Notes: generated by a model not told the origin, from the letters alone. Numbered from the stretch's first letter, positions 9,198 through 18,440 are shown. The stretch is DNA of 61,500 bases from a virus (IMGVR_UViG_3300037484_001144:1-61500); one strand, 5' to 3'. Numbers and translations: made by a program.

Positions 9198-9925
9198 GTG
9201 TTGGAGAGTCTTGGCCTCTCCAACACTCGAAATGTGAGCGTTGGCAGTAGTGTTGGCACTGTTGGTAACCAACGCTTACCCCGCAGGGAGTGGCGGATCA
9301 ACACAAAGACTGGCGAGTTACGCGGCGTTTATCTCCTGTGGCCTGGCAAAGAACGGAAGCCTTTTCGGTATATTGGAAAGCGAGAGAAACCTGATGAGTT
9401 CAAAACCTACCTTACCGCCTTTGAAGAGTGGCGAAGAACCTTCCGAAGTCCTGAAGCTGTTGGCCTTCTCGTACATCCAAACTCTGTTGGAGCGCGGAGA
9501 GGTACAGATCAGGGAAGCGTTGGATAACGAAGGGAAACCGCTCAACCCTCCCATTACGATCGTGATTTTCTCCAACACTGATTACCAACACTTGACGGAT
9601 AAATTGGAACCGCATGAGAGTGTTGGTAATGAAGAAATGAGTGTTGGCAACCAAAGTAAGGAGCGTGTTGGAAATGAAGACGAACCCGAATCCGACACTG
9701 TTGGCAATTCTGATCCTAGTGTTGGCAAGCCTAGCTTGCTCGGTCTGGCTGGGTGACAAGAAAATTGTTGGAGAAAATCAGATTGCCAACACTCCAACAA
9801 AAGTGTTGGCAATCTCTACCAGGTTGCCAACACTCAGTCTCACTCCAACACTTTCCGCGCAAGTGACCGCCCTGCGATCGTTGAACGTCCGAAAGAGTGT
9901 TGGAGACGACCAGCCTGTTGTTGGA
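9198..9925. repeat. Dense array of (T/C)GTTGG / CCAAC(A/G) hexamers in both orientations
   Basis: More than 20 copies counted by eye in about 730 bp, spanning three overlapping ORFs. Confidence 0.8.
9394..9756 (+). CDS. Hypothetical protein with SVGN-repeat tail
   Basis: ORF within the TGTTGG array; start uncertain. Confidence 0.4.
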   Translation: MSSKPTLPPLKSGEEPSEVLKLLAFSYIQTLLERGEVQIREALDNEGKPLNPPITIVIFSNTDYQHLTDKLEPHESVGNEEMSVGNQSKERVGNEDEPESDTVGNSDPSVGKPSLLGLAG

Positions 9926-10063
9926 GCCCTATACAACGGTAATCCGGTGAAATTGACCGGAAATTGTCGTGAAGGCTGGGCGGAGATCCGCTGGAAAGTC
10001 GGAACTGCCTGGGTCAATGCCGATTATATAAGTAAGAACATCTGTTCGGAGAATAATAAATGA
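9674..10063 (+). CDS. SH3-domain lipoprotein
   Basis: Signal peptide with LASLAC lipobox; T/P linker; LNVRKSVG...GWAEI...AWVNADYI bacterial SH3. Confidence 0.75.
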   Translation: MKTNPNPTLLAILILVLASLACSVWLGDKKIVGENQIANTPTKVLAISTRLPTLSLTPTLSAQVTALRSLNVRKSVGDDQPVVGALYNGNPVKLTGNCREGWAEIRWKVGTAWVNADYISKNICSENNK

Positions 10064-10218
10064 GCAAACTTACCCGAGATCGGATTATTGTAATTGTTTG
10101 GATAGTGGTTTTCCTTGTTTTCATAATTGCCAAGGATTTTTTATCTGCCGAAATTACCGCTGGAATAGGAATTGCCTTGGCTGTGAAAGAATTATGTTTT
10201 CCAACGGATTATGAATAG

Positions 10219-10410
10219 ATGAACGACTGGTATATCTGCGAAGGCGGAAAGCGTTGGATTCTGTGCAGGGTGATCGGGAAGTCCCATGGATTGGACATGG
10301 TGGAACTGCACCTGACTGATCCTGCCACCGGGAAGCCGTACTGTGCATATGGGAAGGCACGCAAAGCCATCAAAGATTGGGGCTGGGGCTGGTTGGTAGA
10401 CGCTGTATAG
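10219..10410 (+). CDS. Hypothetical protein
   Basis: 63 aa ORF in operon orientation. Confidence 0.4.
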   Translation: MNDWYICEGGKRWILCRVIGKSHGLDMVELHLTDPATGKPYCAYGKARKAIKDWGWGWLVDAV

Positions 10411-10488
10411 AATATGCTTTTACGCCACGTAAAAGAGTTATGGTAAACGGGCGACATCTGAGTCGTCTGGTAGGTCGAAAGGGCAAAA

Positions 10489-10869
10489 ATGCAGTCATCT
10501 GACACGATTCGCTTGGCTAGGAGGATCCGCAAAAAACGGGAGAAGAAAAAGAGGGGAAAACTCACTCCCTGGCGGGTGGTTTGCGAGGAATTAAACATCC
10601 GCACCGAGAATGGGAATCTGGATACCGGTCTGGCGTTCAAGATTGGGTACCAGGAATACGACCCTTCCGACCGCGCCCTGCGCCACCGTCTGGGACTTCG
10701 GGACCTCTGCTCGAAATGCAAGCGCGTTTTTCGCGCGGTGAAGCTGCTTGCCCCGAAGCCGGCACTTTCCGCCGCGCGTGTCTGGTTCAATGGACTGAAG
10801 AGGGAGGAACAGGAAAAAGTCCTCGAGCTCTCATATAAACAATTTTTGAATTGGAAACAAAGGAGATAA
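10489..10869 (+). CDS. Hypothetical basic protein
   Basis: 126 aa; AAGGG RBS; CxxC. Confidence 0.6.
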   Translation: MQSSDTIRLARRIRKKREKKKRGKLTPWRVVCEELNIRTENGNLDTGLAFKIGYQEYDPSDRALRHRLGLRDLCSKCKRVFRAVKLLAPKPALSAARVWFNGLKREEQEKVLELSYKQFLNWKQRR

Positions 10870-10870
10870 C

Positions 10871-11104
10871 ATGCACACCGGGATGTTGTGGTTCGATAAC
10901 TCGCAAACGGCCCTGAACGTCAAGATCCAGAAGGTTGTGGATTACTACAAAAAGAAATACGGACGGTCCCCTGATCTGTGTCTGGTTCACCCAAGTATGC
11001 TGAATGCAAACCAGCGGCAATTTGAGATCGATAAACTCACCGTCCGGACCTATCGTCCTGCCCTTCCAGGGCATATATGGGTTGGAATAAGTGATAAGGA
11101 ATAA
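10871..11104 (+). CDS. Conserved-type hypothetical protein
   Basis: AAGGAG RBS; MHTGMLWFDN...YYKKKYGRSPDLCLVHP. Confidence 0.7.
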   Translation: MHTGMLWFDNSQTALNVKIQKVVDYYKKKYGRSPDLCLVHPSMLNANQRQFEIDKLTVRTYRPALPGHIWVGISDKE

Positions 11105-11108
11105 GACA

Positions 11109-11609
11109 ATGAGGCCTAATCCTGTGCTTTTCACAGCCGAAGACGTAAATTCCTGTTCTTGGGGTGCCAATTGCGGCCCGGGTGCACTGGCTGGCGTTTT
11201 GGGGATGACGTTGGAGCAAGTACGGCCACACATGGGGGACTTTGAGAGCAAGAATTATACAAATCCTCGTTTGATGCTCTCGGCGTTGAAATCGTTGGAG
11301 CAGAAATATTCGGTCAACAAAGTTCTTTGGCCGAAGCTCGGGTTAGTTCGGGTTCAGTGGTGCGGACCATGGACAAAAGATGGAGTAAGCCCCCGCGCGA
11401 AGTTGCGCCATACTCACTGGATCGGGGCGCAGGCGTTGCCGTATGATGATGTGTGGATCTTTGACATAAATTGTGTTTGTGTTGGAGGTTGGGTCTCTTA
11501 TTCCGAGTGGGCCAATAAAGTAGTGCCGTGGTTATTGCGAGAGGTTGAGCCCGAAGCGAATAGAAAATGGTACCCAACCCATATTTTGGAATTAGAACAA
11601 AGGAGATAA
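11109..11609 (+). CDS. Possible papain-fold (C39-like) peptidase
   Basis: NCGPGALA, HW and FD spacing fits a Cys-His-Asp triad. Confidence 0.4.
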   Translation: MRPNPVLFTAEDVNSCSWGANCGPGALAGVLGMTLEQVRPHMGDFESKNYTNPRLMLSALKSLEQKYSVNKVLWPKLGLVRVQWCGPWTKDGVSPRAKLRHTHWIGAQALPYDDVWIFDINCVCVGGWVSYSEWANKVVPWLLREVEPEANRKWYPTHILELEQRR

Positions 11610-11611
11610 CC

Positions 11612-12004
11612 ATGGAAGAGAATGTTTGGGCGATCGTTGAGTTGATGGGGCATAAGGTGGTAGCGGGTAAGGTTTCCAAGAGCGAACTGGTGGGCCCTCC
11701 GAAGCTCCGCGTGGACGTTCCGGCCACAAGTGCCTTCCCCGAGTTCACGCAGCTCTACGGAGATGCGGCTATTTACTGCGTAACGTTCGTGAGTGAAGAC
11801 GTGGCGCGCCGGACGGCTGAAGCAAACAAGACCAACCCCGTCAGTGTGTATGTCCCCGACCTGGTTACGCGCGAACAACTCGAGGAGACGATCAAAAAAT
11901 ATAAAGAGCAGATCACCTTCTTGCGCGCGTTGCCACAGGCTACTGTAGATCGGGATGCGTTCATGCGGGACGATGAAACCGACGAAGACAAGCCTCCTTT
12001 TTAG
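11612..12004 (+). CDS. Conserved phage hypothetical protein
   Basis: AAGGAG RBS; WAIVELMGH...LRVDVP...AIYC. Confidence 0.7.
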   Translation: MEENVWAIVELMGHKVVAGKVSKSELVGPPKLRVDVPATSAFPEFTQLYGDAAIYCVTFVSEDVARRTAEANKTNPVSVYVPDLVTREQLEETIKKYKEQITFLRALPQATVDRDAFMRDDETDEDKPPF

Positions 12005-12309
12005 AGACTTCGGATAGCCAATATATCGCACCTATTTCTGACAGGAGAGAATGAAAAAATCTTCCCGAGAAAAAGAAAACTGCGATCTGGTGGTGGAGCT
12101 GGGTCGGCAATACGATGCCCTCTGCATCCTTGCCGACCCGGACCCGAATGCCATGAACGACCTTGCGTTCCGCTACCGCCTGCTGGGAATGCCCGTGCGG
12201 GCAGGGGAGATTGACAGGAAAGTCAGGTTATTGACGGATCATAGAAAATCTGTTCCATCTGATGTTATAATTACCTCCGTTGATCCTAATCTGGCTAATG
12301 GAGGTTCTC

Positions 12310-12723
12310 ATGAAAAAGGCATTCCAACTCTGTCTGTTTGTACTGTTCGCCGCATTCTGTCTGACTGCCTGTGCGCCGGGGGCTGAGGCGATCGCCACAT
12401 CCCGGGCAGTGCAGATCTCACTCGAACTGAAGCTGGCGATCAACGCCGCGCTCCTGTTCGGGGTAACCTTCGGCTTGCAGTGGTTGTTTGAAACGGTCAA
12501 GATCGACCTGCGCGGCATCGGCGCCGTTCTCGCGGTGGGGGTAGCTGAATTCTTGATCCTGCAATTCCAGGGACTGATCGACGTGGTTCCCGCCCAATAC
12601 GACCTGTACATCACAATCGGACTGAATGTCATCCTGGCAATCCTGACCACGCTGGGCTACATCCGAATCTCTTTCCAACACTGGCGCGCGGCGGCCATGT
12701 TCGAAAAGACTGAAAAAAAATGA
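12310..12723 (+). CDS. Multi-pass membrane protein, holin-like
   Basis: GGAGG RBS; LTAC lipobox-like signal then three TM segments; first gene of a putative lysis block. Confidence 0.55.
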   Translation: MKKAFQLCLFVLFAAFCLTACAPGAEAIATSRAVQISLELKLAINAALLFGVTFGLQWLFETVKIDLRGIGAVLAVGVAEFLILQFQGLIDVVPAQYDLYITIGLNVILAILTTLGYIRISFQHWRAAAMFEKTEKK

Positions 12724-13067
12724 GCCCCGCGAGTGGAGGCAACGTTATGAGCTTCATCGAGATACTCCACGACTATGGCTGGGCTGGGGTGCTCCTGCTG
12801 ATGGTTACGGATAAGATCTTTCCGTTCATAGCCAGTTCGGTCTTCCCGCAGTTACAGAAGGAAAAGCTGGCGAAGATTGAAATGGCAAAGAATGAGCAGG
12901 AGCACCGCTTTGAAATGGACAACCGACAGGTGGAGGCTGTTGAAGGTATCCGGGATGTCTGTCAGAACATCGATAAATTTATGGTTTCGATGGACAGGCG
13001 CATGTCCAATGTTGAGCGTTCCCTGCAGATCAAGCCTGCTGGCAAAAAGAAACCGAGGTCGTCATGA
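12720..13067 (+). CDS. Single-TM coiled-coil protein, holin-like
   Basis: One N-terminal TM, a coiled coil and a basic tail. Confidence 0.5.
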   Translation: MSPASGGNVMSFIEILHDYGWAGVLLLMVTDKIFPFIASSVFPQLQKEKLAKIEMAKNEQEHRFEMDNRQVEAVEGIRDVCQNIDKFMVSMDRRMSNVERSLQIKPAGKKKPRSS

Positions 13068-13435
13068 GTGAGTTCTACCGTCTCAATACCAACGCAGCCA
13101 ATATCCGCTCGGGTCCCAGTGCCATGTACACAGACCTGGGCGACCTGGTAAAGAACGACGTGGTGGAGGTTGCGGAGAAATCTGGCAACTGGTCCAGGAT
13201 CGTGAATGCCCAGCACCTGAACGGTGCTCCCGTTCTGTTGTCTGGCAGCCGCGGCGCAGTCTCTGACTATACCGAGGCGATGTGGGTAACCAATGCCTAT
13301 TTCGTGGCAGTCTCCGGTCTTCCGAACCCTGATCCAGACCCGGACCCTGATCCGGATCCTGACCCCGGTCCTACCATCCACGTCCTGGAAGTGCTGATCG
13401 ACGGGGTTCTTGAATTCAGGAAAGAGTTTTCGTGA
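13064..13435 (+). CDS. SH3-domain protein with (PD)n linker
   Basis: ANIRSGPS...GNWSRI...WVTNAY; PNPDPDPDPDPDPDP. Confidence 0.75.
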   Translation: MSEFYRLNTNAANIRSGPSAMYTDLGDLVKNDVVEVAEKSGNWSRIVNAQHLNGAPVLLSGSRGAVSDYTEAMWVTNAYFVAVSGLPNPDPDPDPDPDPDPGPTIHVLEVLIDGVLEFRKEFS

Positions 13436-14178
13436 CCCACATCCAGGTCTCGCTTTCCAGGAAGTCCAAAGGGGGACTCACTTTCTTTACCCACAATGAA
13501 GACAAGAACACGAATATCTTTGACTGGGCCAACCGGGAATGCGCCGGCGGTGGCGACGGCTGCCCGGCCGTGATGCTGATCAAGGACGAGTCGGACACGT
13601 TCTTCACCAAAGAATGGCAGTTCTTCCTGTGGGCGATCAACCTGGGAATGTCAAAGAGCAACGTCTCTAATCTGATGAGCAAAGGGACGGCCCTGATGAA
13701 TCGCACTGGGGTAGGGGAGGACGGGCGCGCCAACTACATCACAGGCGAGAACCTCTCCGCCGACGATCCCCACCTGGACAAGTTTCGCACCTTTGCGCGC
13801 AACACGCACGCGGCGGTGTACGAGAATGGACTGTGGCGCCTGATCACCATGGACGGGAACAACCCGCCACCTCTAAACCCAGGATACACCACCCAGCCCC
13901 GAATTCTGAACGAAGTAAATCTACTCGCTTACAAGTACACTCCCCAGACTCATCCATACCTATTCCTGGTCTGCAACAACGTGCAGCTCAAGCAGGGCGG
14001 CGTGACCTCGGTCTTTCCCTTTGCGCACGGACTGGTGCGCCCCTGGCTGGACGAAGATCCTTATTCCTTCTTTCCCTTTGTATCTGTTCGCCCTCAATTT
14101 ATTGAACCCCAAAATATAAACAACTGGACTCGCCTGGAGGACGGGCAACCCTTCCCCAGTCCTTACAGACGAGTGTAG
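13432..14178 (+). CDS. Hypothetical protein (candidate lytic enzyme)
   Basis: 248 aa, coupled to the SH3 gene; no catalytic motif recognised. Confidence 0.55.
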   Translation: MTHIQVSLSRKSKGGLTFFTHNEDKNTNIFDWANRECAGGGDGCPAVMLIKDESDTFFTKEWQFFLWAINLGMSKSNVSNLMSKGTALMNRTGVGEDGRANYITGENLSADDPHLDKFRTFARNTHAAVYENGLWRLITMDGNNPPPLNPGYTTQPRILNEVNLLAYKYTPQTHPYLFLVCNNVQLKQGGVTSVFPFAHGLVRPWLDEDPYSFFPFVSVRPQFIEPQNINNWTRLEDGQPFPSPYRRV

Positions 14179-14228
14179 AATGGGCGGGGAGTCTTCCCAC
14201 TCCATGAGTTTCGTTATATAATCATCCC

Positions 14229-14492
14229 ATGCCGAAGCTCTCGATCGACTTCCCCGCCCAGCTCTCCGTCCAGGTGACCGACCTCATGAAGTGGCAACTG
14301 GTAACCATTGGATACCAGACCGGTCACGGCAAGGAGTACGCCGGACCGGTGCGCAACGGGCTGGAGCGGGCGATCCGTGACTACCTGGACAAGCTCTCGC
14401 CGCGTGAGCGCAAGGAGTACGACGAGATCCTGGAGAACGTGAAGATCATGTTTCCCAGCAAGACCGAGAATCAAAAAGCCCCCATCATATGA
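14229..14492 (+). CDS. Small DNA-binding protein (RHH-like)
   Basis: MPKLSIDFP beta-strand followed by helices; TATAAT immediately upstream. Confidence 0.5.
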   Translation: MPKLSIDFPAQLSVQVTDLMKWQLVTIGYQTGHGKEYAGPVRNGLERAIRDYLDKLSPRERKEYDEILENVKIMFPSKTENQKAPII

Positions 14493-14503
14493 TGGGGGCT
14501 TTT
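14474..14503. terminator. Bidirectional intrinsic terminator
   Basis: AAAAGCCCCCATC-ATAT-GATGGGGGCTTTT between convergent operons. Confidence 0.8.
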
Positions 14504-14642
14504 ATTTGTTAGAACGAACCAGGCGGAGGCGGTTTGTAGGGACGCGTCATTGCAAGTAACAAAATTAGTATGACGGGGATTAGAAATAACAAGTCAAATC
14601 TTGGTTCCATTATAAGGTTGCTCTTTCACTTCATCCATCGAA

Positions 14643-14969
14643 TTACTCCGGGTAGTTCTTGACTTCGAACCCATTCCCCTTCAATCCGCGCACCTTGAGT
14701 TCATTCTCCAGCAGGCGGAGTTTCATCTTCTGCTCTTCGATCTTCATGTCCTGCAGAACCAGCTCATTGGAGATCTTCGCCGCGCGCATGTCGGCCACGC
14801 GGGTATTGTTGCGGACCAGTTCCAGCTTGGCTTCCTGGACAACGGTTCGCTCCTGATCGATGTATGGGCGCATCATCCAGGACAGGATCAGGGTCAGGAA
14901 GTTGGCCCATGCCAGCATCTTGGTGCCGGCGCTTCTGCGCTTGCGTTGAATTTGTACTCTGGTAGTCAT
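14643..14969 (-). CDS. Single-TM coiled-coil protein
   Basis: GAGG RBS; ATGA coupling. Confidence 0.6.
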   Translation of the reverse strand: MTTRVQIQRKRRSAGTKMLAWANFLTLILSWMMRPYIDQERTVVQEAKLELVRNNTRVADMRAAKISNELVLQDMKIEEQKMKLRLLENELKVRGLKGNGFEVKNYPE

Positions 14970-15409
14970 AATAACCTCTTTTCTGCCTGTGCGTGATCGT
15001 AGATGATATTGCCGGAATAGGGGACGAATGAGGTAGAAACCTCGAGTCCCTCGTTATGAAAGAACGCTCGCAGCTTGTCCAGATAGCCCTCGGGGTGAGC
15101 AGAGAGAACGATCACGAACTGGTGTTCGTTCTCCCAGTGAGCCTTGAGGAGTACCTCGGGGGAGCGCAACCCCAGCGCGCGGCGGATACTGCCGTTCGTC
15201 CAGGCATCGCCCTTATGGTGGCGGGTCTCGGTCAGGTCGTGAATGGAGACCAGGGCCACGAACCGGGCTGCTTCGGCTTCGCGCCGCAGGAAGACCGGCA
15301 GAGCCTTGTACTCATAGACCCCCAGGGTCTTGTCAAGCGCAACTTCTGCCAGGTCGTGGGTGGTATTGCGCCACAAATTCAGGATGGCGTCATAGGATTG
15401 TCGGGGCAT
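14966..15409 (-). CDS. Hypothetical protein
   Basis: ATG immediately after the recombinase stop; GGAG RBS. Confidence 0.6.
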   Translation of the reverse strand: MPRQSYDAILNLWRNTTHDLAEVALDKTLGVYEYKALPVFLRREAEAARFVALVSIHDLTETRHHKGDAWTNGSIRRALGLRSPEVLLKAHWENEHQFVIVLSAHPEGYLDKLRAFFHNEGLEVSTSFVPYSGNIIYDHAQAEKRLL

Positions 15410-15410
15410 G

Positions 15411-16367
15411 TTATTCTCCAATCTCAAGGGAGGCAACCGCGGCGCGGCGGGTCTTCTCGTCGCGGATGTCATAAATGTTCGAGGTGGTGGCGGGGCTGGC
15501 GTGGCGGGCCAGTTTCTGGACGGTGGACAGGTCCTGCCCCTTATCCAGCAGAGTACAAATGAAAGTCTTCCGGAAGTCGTGCCAGGTGATGTGTTCGGAG
15601 ATAGACAAGCCCACCTGCCGGGCGTCCAGGATCTTCAGGAGGGCATACCCTCCCAGGGATCCGGCTGTGTTGATCTTGTCATTCTTGCGCACCTGACAAA
15701 AGACCCTGCCGGGATCGGAACCGCGGAGCATGAGCCAGGCGCGTAGCCTCTTGTATCCGCCATTGTACAGATACAGGGTGTCTACTCGGTTGCCTTTGCC
15801 GTGGATCACCAGGTCACACGAGTCGCCCGTGTGACCCTTGATGTCTTCCATCCGGAGGGTGGTCAGGTCATCGCGGCGCAGGCCACAGGAGAGCGCCACG
15901 GCGATCAGAGCTGCATCCCGCACACCTGCCGGGGATGTATCCGCGGCGCAGGCGTCCAGGAGTTCCTTGGTCTCTTCGGGGGATAGGTACCTGCCACGCG
16001 GCGGGCGTGCTCCTTTGACATTCCGGACCAGCAACACGCGCGAGGCGCGCTTGATATCGGCCTGTTTCTCGGGGCCGTCTTCCATCTGGTCTTCGGCGTG
16101 ATCGATCAGCTTGCGAGTCCACCAGCGTATGGCGGAGAGTTTCTGGCTGATCGAATCCGGGGCGTAGTTCTGCTTCTGCAGAGCCGCGGCGTATTCCTCT
16201 ACCAGGGTCTTGGTGAGAAGGCGCCCGTCCCGCCAGGTTTCGAATTCCAGCAGGGAGGAGCGGTACTGCCGGCGCGAGTGGCGCGAGATGAGCCGGGGGT
16301 CAGTCTCCACGGCCTGGGTGATCGCTTCAGCCATAGGGGAGGGGCTGGTAAGGGAGTTTTGAGTCAT
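15411..16367 (-). CDS. Tyrosine recombinase (phage integrase/XerCD-like)
   Basis: GLRRDD (R), HGKG (K), HDFRKT (HxxR), LARH and IYD (Y); N-terminal core-binding domain; no IntI-type insert. Confidence 0.9.
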   Translation of the reverse strand: MTQNSLTSPSPMAEAITQAVETDPRLISRHSRRQYRSSLLEFETWRDGRLLTKTLVEEYAAALQKQNYAPDSISQKLSAIRWWTRKLIDHAEDQMEDGPEKQADIKRASRVLLVRNVKGARPPRGRYLSPEETKELLDACAADTSPAGVRDAALIAVALSCGLRRDDLTTLRMEDIKGHTGDSCDLVIHGKGNRVDTLYLYNGGYKRLRAWLMLRGSDPGRVFCQVRKNDKINTAGSLGGYALLKILDARQVGLSISEHITWHDFRKTFICTLLDKGQDLSTVQKLARHASPATTSNIYDIRDEKTRRAAVASLEIGE

Positions 16368-16491
16368 AGATACCTGTTCTTATTATACAGATTTGGGGGA
16401 GTTGTACAATAGTCAATTGTCATGTGCTTGGGGTGATGTTTATCATATTGGCGGGGTTTTTTACTAGCGTCGCGGTGGGCAGAGGGGAGAA

Positions 16492-16809
16492 TCAGGCAGT
16501 GAAATAGTGTACGCCTGGATCACCGTAGTTCTCTCGCATGGACTCGGGGGTCTCGCGCTTGTCAGAGGAGATCCATTTGGCACACTTCGGACAGAGTCCG
16601 TACCCTGTATCGCGGTTGTACCATTGGCGGCCGTGGCATTCTGCACCACAGCAGCAGCACGTCAGGGATACAATCGGGGCGATTCGGACGGGTCCATATA
16701 CTGTGCCCTGTGTCTTCTCGTCCAGTTGCAACAAATAGGGCTTGCCGTCCACAATCCCGCGGTATTCGGCGGGTTGCTTGTTGTACTCTTCTTGGGTCAT
16801 GGTTTTCAT
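16492..16809 (-). CDS. Zn-finger hypothetical protein
   Basis: CCCC...GRQWYNRDTGYGLCPKC. Confidence 0.65.
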   Translation of the reverse strand: MKTMTQEEYNKQPAEYRGIVDGKPYLLQLDEKTQGTVYGPVRIAPIVSLTCCCCGAECHGRQWYNRDTGYGLCPKCAKWISSDKRETPESMRENYGDPGVHYFTA

Positions 16810-16949
16810 TGGTTTGGGTCCCTTATAGCGGGTTCTGGTTTCCTGGTGGGCCAGTTGTCCACTCTGATGGGAGTCTTCTTTGGTTTAGGTAGCTGGACGG
16901 GGATCAGGTCCGGGCGGATAACAATTTTTTTTGGCTTGCCGATTCTCAT
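16806..16949 (-). CDS. Small Pro/Lys-rich protein
   Basis: 47 aa, MRIGKPKK...; GGAGG RBS; overlaps the genes on both sides. Confidence 0.5.
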   Translation of the reverse strand: MRIGKPKKIVIRPDLIPVQLPKPKKTPIRVDNWPTRKPEPAIRDPNQ

Positions 16950-17269
16950 TTACTCACCTCCAGCAGGCGTCCAACTTCCCCGCGTGCGCCGTTTTCATGA
17001 ATGACCACGCGTCCAGATAAGATTACTTTGCAGAGGGTGCCTAAATACTTGCGGGCTTCCTTAGCCGAGAACGTGACATAGACGCCGGTGGTGTTGTCTT
17101 CTGTGGGGGGCTGGTGAGCTGCCAATATCCACGTAGGGCCGTCAAATTCCCACTTCGAAAGAGTCTGGGGCGATGTAACCCGGGCAATATTGCCCTGCCT
17201 ATCTTTTGCAATAAGCAGGGCTTTATACCCTATGCAGTTCTCACGTTCTGCGCGGGTAAGTTTTGGCAT
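16946..17269 (-). CDS. Hypothetical protein
   Basis: Start MPKL after AAGGG; C-terminal GRVVIHENGARG. Confidence 0.6.
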   Translation of the reverse strand: MPKLTRAERENCIGYKALLIAKDRQGNIARVTSPQTLSKWEFDGPTWILAAHQPPTEDNTTGVYVTFSAKEARKYLGTLCKVILSGRVVIHENGARGEVGRLLEVSK

Positions 17270-17273
17270 GGCT

Positions 17274-17792
17274 TTATTTCCCTTCGCTTTCCACCTCAGC
17301 ATACCCGGCCCGCATGGCACTATTCCAGATCGCCGCCTGTTCTTCACGGGTCTGGGCGGGTTCGTCTGTGCGCTTGCCGTTCTCATCGTACCCGGCCGCG
17401 TGGATTGTGACCTTGAGCATTTCGTTGGCTTTATTGGTCGCGCGGATGTACCGAATCGCGCCGCGTTCCCATTCACCGATTGCAGAGGCATGGCGGGATT
17501 CGAAATCCTGAATCTGTTCTTCCTTGCTCCAGCCGCCAGACTGCAGGGTTTCATAATGGACGTGGCCATTTGACTCGTCCAGGGTCATGATTGCAATGAC
17601 GTGGTAGGTAGAGGCCTTGGGGTGGTTCCATTTACCCGTTTTCGGGTTCAGAGTCTGACTGCAGAAGCGTTGGCCGTGACCTTTTTTAGTTTCGATCCAG
17701 TAGCGAATCTGGGTCCGCAGGCGGTACCCATAGGGGTAGTCGTCCACGACATAAGCGGTTTCTTGGGATGTGTGACCTGACAGGGTTTTCAT
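17274..17792 (-). CDS. Conserved phage early protein
   Basis: DDYPYGYRLRTQIRYWIET...QTLNPKTGKWN; CTCACGAAA motif plus AAAGGA RBS. Confidence 0.75.
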   Translation of the reverse strand: MKTLSGHTSQETAYVVDDYPYGYRLRTQIRYWIETKKGHGQRFCSQTLNPKTGKWNHPKASTYHVIAIMTLDESNGHVHYETLQSGGWSKEEQIQDFESRHASAIGEWERGAIRYIRATNKANEMLKVTIHAAGYDENGKRTDEPAQTREEQAAIWNSAMRAGYAEVESEGK

Positions 17793-17879
17793 GATATTTA
17801 TTCCTTTCGTTTCGTGAGTATATAGGGTCTGATGACCTTTCGCCCCGGTCCTACGGGGTAGGGCCGGAGAGGTAGATTA

Positions 17880-18200
17880 TCAGCAATCTGTTACAAGCTG
17901 AGGCAGTAGGCGTGCCCACCAATCGCCGAACGTGCGAGTCTGGGGGTCATAGTGACCGCCGCAGAAGAAGAGACCGGGGTCACCTTTCCACTCAATACCG
18001 CCCCAGTCCCAGACATAGCCGGTATTTTCGCCGCTGTAATAGTGTTCGTCGCACAGTTGCAAGTGGATGCAGCCGGTGAAGGACCCTAATCGAAAAGATC
18101 CGTCCTCATAGAGTGTGACCCTGCCAGACTGTAAAGCCAGCAGGCACGCGCCGAGGATCAGAACCAGCAGAAAGTACAAAAAGAGAGTCTTGGTGTTCAT
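17880..18200 (-). CDS. Membrane-anchored hypothetical protein
   Basis: N-terminal hydrophobic helix; ATGA coupling. Confidence 0.6.
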   Translation of the reverse strand: MNTKTLFLYFLLVLILGACLLALQSGRVTLYEDGSFRLGSFTGCIHLQLCDEHYYSGENTGYVWDWGGIEWKGDPGLFFCGGHYDPQTRTFGDWWARLLPQLVTDC

Positions 18201-18346
18201 AAGACCTTCTTTATTTCGGAGCGCAACCGATCAACTTCGCCCGCCCAGTATGGCAGGCCGTGAAAGTCAACGAGTCCGGCTTCGTGCTCAAGCAGCCAGC
18301 TCACAGCATTTTTAGCATATTGCAGCTTTTCAAAAAGCTCATTCAT
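18197..18346 (-). CDS. Small protein (49 aa)
   Basis: MNELFEKLQYAK...; AAAGGA RBS; ATGA overlap with the next gene. Confidence 0.6.
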   Translation of the reverse strand: MNELFEKLQYAKNAVSWLLEHEAGLVDFHGLPYWAGEVDRLRSEIKKVL

Positions 18347-18370
18347 GGTACTATCCTTTCAATTCGTGAG

Positions 18371-18437
18371 ATAGTGGTCAAGGCTTGTAACTTGACTGCA
18401 CATTTCAGCCCTTGCGGGCTGTACTCTGTGGCACTAT
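18371..18437 (-). ncRNA. Twister ribozyme, type P5 (copy 1)
   Basis: ATAGTG-CC-ACA-GAGTA-CAGCCC-GCAA-GGGCTG-AAA-TGT-GCA-GTCAAG-TTACAAGC-CTTGAC-CACTAT: P5, P2, P1, P4, T1 (TAC/GTA), T2 (GC/GC). Confidence 0.8.
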
Positions 18438-18440
18438 AAA

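Noticed and set aside
13323-13370. Hexamer tandem repeat as a contingency locus
   Set aside because: Synonymously degenerate codons of a Pro-Asp linker; it is a protein-level repeat
14505-14642. attP site near the recombinase operon
   Set aside because: Plausible position, but I saw no tRNA 3' end, dif-like dyad or arm repeats
15411-16367. Tyrosine recombinase as the integron integrase of the array
   Set aside because: It lacks the IntI-specific insertion between the catalytic Lys region and HxxR and lies more than 25 kb from the array in either direction; activity on attC is not excluded but is unsupported
17829-17876. CTGATGA hammerhead-like core followed by a hairpin (also CTGATGAG near 18881)
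   Set aside because: It is on the non-coding strand and lacks GAAA after stem II; the second copy lies in an antisense ORF
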